Program-made: the position numbers and the translations under genes | In this document: in pieces, positions 61,270-64,000 of the stretch | Layout of the letters: every line of letters starts with the position of its first letter | How positions within the stretch are numbered: the stretch's first letter is position 1 | Assembly (NCBI GenBank): GCA_965203515.1 | Contig: OZ241907.1 | Coordinates: 3,424,001-3,488,000 of the forward strand | Source of the DNA: Spirochaetia bacterium | Lineage (GTDB): Bacteria > Spirochaetota > Spirochaetia > SZUA-6 > Bin103 | Direction: 5' to 3' | Length of the DNA stretch: 64,000 nucleotides | The notes under the pieces: generated by a model | Seen by the model: only the letters and a program-made list of their open reading frames with translations | Databases searched by the model: none | What the model was told of the DNA's origin: nothing

Positions 61270-63204
61270 TCAGCGCCGACCGCCGGCGGCGGCGGTCGGC
61301 GCGAGCGGGAACTCCACGCTCCAGAGGCGCCGCCCGCCGGCGCGGATGAACTGGCCGGTGCGGACGTGCGAGATCTCATACTCCGGCAGCGCCGCGGCCA
61401 CCAGGCAGGCGCCGTCCCAAAGAAAGCCTTCGGAGCGGAACGCGAAGTCGCGCCGGAACCCGAAGTCGAGATTGACGAAGCCCTGCTCCCGGGCGGCGGG
61501 GGGCAGATCGGCTGCGGCGGCCGGGAAGACGTGCAGGAAGAACGGCGCCCGCACGTCCTGCGGCGCGCACGGCTCCTTCGCGTACACCAGCCGGCCCTCG
61601 GCCGCATACAGGTCGAACGTTCCGGCGGCGGCGCGCGGCCGGCCCTCCAGGGTCGCCTCCAGCGCGCGGAACCGCGCCCGCTCCTTCGCCAGGGAGTGCT
61701 CCCTGCTCGCCGCCGCGGCGCGCAGGTGCGCGGGCGCCGCGGCCGGCGGGCGCAGCATGATCTCGCCCATGATCGCCCCGCTGCCGGCGGTGGCTCGATA
61801 CCGGGTCGGCAGGTCCCAACCGGCATGCAATGGCAGGGTGTCGATGCGGAACACTTCGTTACCGGCGGCGTCCACCTCGACCAGGGAGCGGCCTCCCGCC
61901 TGGTCGCCGCGGGAGAAGTTGATCAGCGTGTTGCCGTTGCGCAGGCGGTAGGCGCTGCCCTTGGCGCCGACGTAGATGTCCGGCGTCGGCCGGTACTCCC
62001 ACACCTTCACCGCGGTGCCGGCCGCCTCGTCCAGCCGCAGCTCCAGCGCGCGCGAGTAGCGCCCGCCCTCCGCCGCGGGCCGCCCCCAGCCGTTGTCGAA
62101 CAGCAGGACGTTGCCGTCGTCGAGCTGCGCCGCGGTGTGCTGCCCGTAGAACCGGTCGGTCGGGTCCGGGAACCGGAAATCGCTGTCCGGTCCGTGCAGT
62201 TGCCATTCGATCGTCCACGAATCGGCGTCGAGCGAGACCACCTGATGGCGCGTGCGGGAGGAGAGGACGACGTTGCCGCGCGGGCCGATGCTCACCGAGT
62301 TGAGGTGCGCCCAACTGAAGCCGCCGCCGGCGGGCCGCGTCAGGTTCCAGGCCTCCTGCGAGTCCCAGACCTGATCGAAGCGCCCGCGCTCCCGGTCCCA
62401 GACGCGCAGCCGGTCGACGAACCCGGGGGGCCCCTCCTGCGGCGGCCCGCGGCTCAGGTAGATCACCCGTTCGGCGCCGGCGCCGCCGCCGGAGTCGAGC
62501 ACGGCGAGGCCATGGTGAGGATTCCCCGCGGCGCCGCCCCGCTCGAACCGGTCGACCACCGCTCCCAACGGGGTGATCTCGACCAGAGTGCCGGCGCGCG
62601 CGAACAGCAGGTTGCCGGCGGGCAACTGCGCGATCGGGCCGTCGGACCCCGCATGGTAATGGTACCAGACGATGCCGCCCACCTCGTCCCGGAAGACGTA
62701 GTACCCGCGCGGATGATCGGACAGGATGAGCGGCTGCGAGCTCCGGCCGCGCACCTGCATCGGGATGGCGGCCAGGGCCAGCGGCAGCGGCCCGGTCGTG
62801 AACCGCCCGCCCGCCCCGGCGCCCGCGAAGCCGTCGGCCGCGAAGTCTCCCACCGCGGCGCCCTCCACCACGAAGATGGTGTAGTCGTAGGTCGTCTCCG
62901 GGCGCAGCCGGACGAGCGGGACGGCGTGCGCCTCGCCCGGTTCGCTCAGCGGCGTGCGGTAGCGCCCGGCCTGCGGGTTGTCGTACTCGACGAACACCCG
63001 CGCCGCGCGCGCCAGCGCTACCCGCACCTCGACGATCAGCGCGTTGCGCTCGCTGACCGACGCGTCGTGGCGCAGCACCGCGGCGGTGGCCGCCGCCGGC
63101 CGCGCTGCCGGCGCCAGCGCCGGCGCGGCGCCGGGCACGCCGGCCGGCGCCGCCGCCAAGCCGATGAGCAAGCCGATCCGGAGCGCCGTCGAGAGATCCC
63201 GCAT
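61270..63204 (-). CDS. secreted aryl-sulfate sulfotransferase (ASST) family protein with extra C-terminal domain
   Basis: Signal peptide, Ig-like N-domain (LRPETTYDY, FTTGPLP), PHH, WAHLNS, SSRTRHQV, GQHTA, LFDNG, GNTLI. Confidence 0.85.
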   Translation of the reverse strand: MRDLSTALRIGLLIGLAAAPAGVPGAAPALAPAARPAAATAAVLRHDASVSERNALIVEVRVALARAARVFVEYDNPQAGRYRTPLSEPGEAHAVPLVRLRPETTYDYTIFVVEGAAVGDFAADGFAGAGAGGRFTTGPLPLALAAIPMQVRGRSSQPLILSDHPRGYYVFRDEVGGIVWYHYHAGSDGPIAQLPAGNLLFARAGTLVEITPLGAVVDRFERGGAAGNPHHGLAVLDSGGGAGAERVIYLSRGPPQEGPPGFVDRLRVWDRERGRFDQVWDSQEAWNLTRPAGGGFSWAHLNSVSIGPRGNVVLSSRTRHQVVSLDADSWTIEWQLHGPDSDFRFPDPTDRFYGQHTAAQLDDGNVLLFDNGWGRPAAEGGRYSRALELRLDEAAGTAVKVWEYRPTPDIYVGAKGSAYRLRNGNTLINFSRGDQAGGRSLVEVDAAGNEVFRIDTLPLHAGWDLPTRYRATAGSGAIMGEIMLRPPAAAPAHLRAAAASREHSLAKERARFRALEATLEGRPRAAAGTFDLYAAEGRLVYAKEPCAPQDVRAPFFLHVFPAAAADLPPAAREQGFVNLDFGFRRDFAFRSEGFLWDGACLVAAALPEYEISHVRTGQFIRAGGRRLWSVEFPLAPTAAAGGRR

Positions 63205-63239
63205 CGCCTCCCTTCAGCTTGGCTTGGCTCGAACCACCT

Positions 63240-63953
63240 CTATCGGTTCTCGACGTCGGGCCTGCGGCGCAGCAACGCCTCGAGTTCGGCCACACGCGCT
63301 TCGGCCGCCTGACGGGCGGCGGCTTCCCGTTCCAGGCGTGCTTCCGCCTGCTGCTTGGCCAGTCGCTGCTCGGTCAGCGTCAGTATGTCTCCGCTCTCAG
63401 GGTGGTGAAAGCGCAACTCCCCTTCCTCGATCCGTACTTCCAGCCCCAGCACGGCGCTGTACATCACCAGCGATCCGTCCCCCAGCCGGGTCTCCGGCAG
63501 CGCTTCGTACTCCCCGCGCACCAGCCGCAAGCCGCGCAACGGCGGCTGCAGGTAGTCTCCCGTCGGATCGTACTGCCAGTACTCGCGCACGCCCAGCGAC
63601 TCGTACAACTCCCGCTTCGGCCCCTGGTCCCTGTGCCGGGTGTGGCGCGAGGTGATCTCCAGCACGAAGTCGGGACTCTTGCCCTCCTCCCACACCTTGT
63701 AGATCGGCCGGATGCGGTCCGGCACGCCGAACACCACGAACGTGTCGGGAGCTACCGATGCCTTGACGTTGCCCTCCTCGTAGTAGATCAGCAGGTTGCC
63801 GGAGACGTAGACGTCGGGTTGGTCGAGGAAGTAGTCGCGCAGTCCGGCAACCGCGTATATGAGGGGGATGGCTTGGGCATCGGTTTCGGCCATAGGCACA
63901 CCGTCCTCGGTGGGGTACTCGATAGCGACGGGAGCGAGCGTGGAGCTTGGCAT
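63240..63953 (-). CDS. Uma2 family endonuclease with C-terminal coiled coil
   Basis: YPTEDGVPMAET, APDTFVV, VLEITS, LGVREYWQYDP; paralog of 53486..54316. Confidence 0.9.
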   Translation of the reverse strand: MPSSTLAPVAIEYPTEDGVPMAETDAQAIPLIYAVAGLRDYFLDQPDVYVSGNLLIYYEEGNVKASVAPDTFVVFGVPDRIRPIYKVWEEGKSPDFVLEITSRHTRHRDQGPKRELYESLGVREYWQYDPTGDYLQPPLRGLRLVRGEYEALPETRLGDGSLVMYSAVLGLEVRIEEGELRFHHPESGDILTLTEQRLAKQQAEARLEREAAARQAAEARVAELEALLRRRPDVENR

Positions 63954-64000
63954 GGCAAATCCCTCCAGGCGGCCGCACCATAGCATGCGCCGATCCGCCC

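Overview
High-GC bacterial chromosome segment, most likely from a spirochaete. Evidence: class I LysRS, an Msp/Tpr-like outer-sheath porin and a spirochaete-style SLBB protein. The Uma2/Rpn/coiled-coil expansions resemble host-associated (e.g. sponge) symbiont genomes; taxonomy and habitat are inference. About 1-42 kb and 46-53 kb are mostly housekeeping: cysC, lysS, rpiA, bcp, mnmA, cobA-hemD, era, apbE, clpP, argJ, infA, pepA, ssb, double-length uvrA, glnS, recJ, rsmI, trkAH. No tRNA, rRNA, CRISPR array or integrase was seen. Main observations: (1) two tandem paralogous lipoproteins at 56.5-61.3 kb, each with 14 [10 protein letters not shown] repeats, conserved ends and a divergent centre. 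Each is preceded by a long poly-C tract (C21, C20) inside an RBS-led polyproline leader that is out of frame with gene 1 and in frame with gene 2, a candidate phase/antigenic-variation adhesin system. (2) A lower-GC three-gene island: MqsR-like toxin, MqsA-like antitoxin with a C-terminal tail, and a KGGVGR ParA/MinD-TPR protein. (3) A divergent TGT translationally coupled to an ArmA/Rmt-family m7G1405 methyltransferase. (4) A degenerate helicase / UvrD / Fe-S PD-(D/E)xK nuclease / RecJ operon. (5) Probable non-canonical starts (ATC for era, CTG for apbE) and widespread leaderless genes. All calls come from motif recognition by eye; no searches were run.
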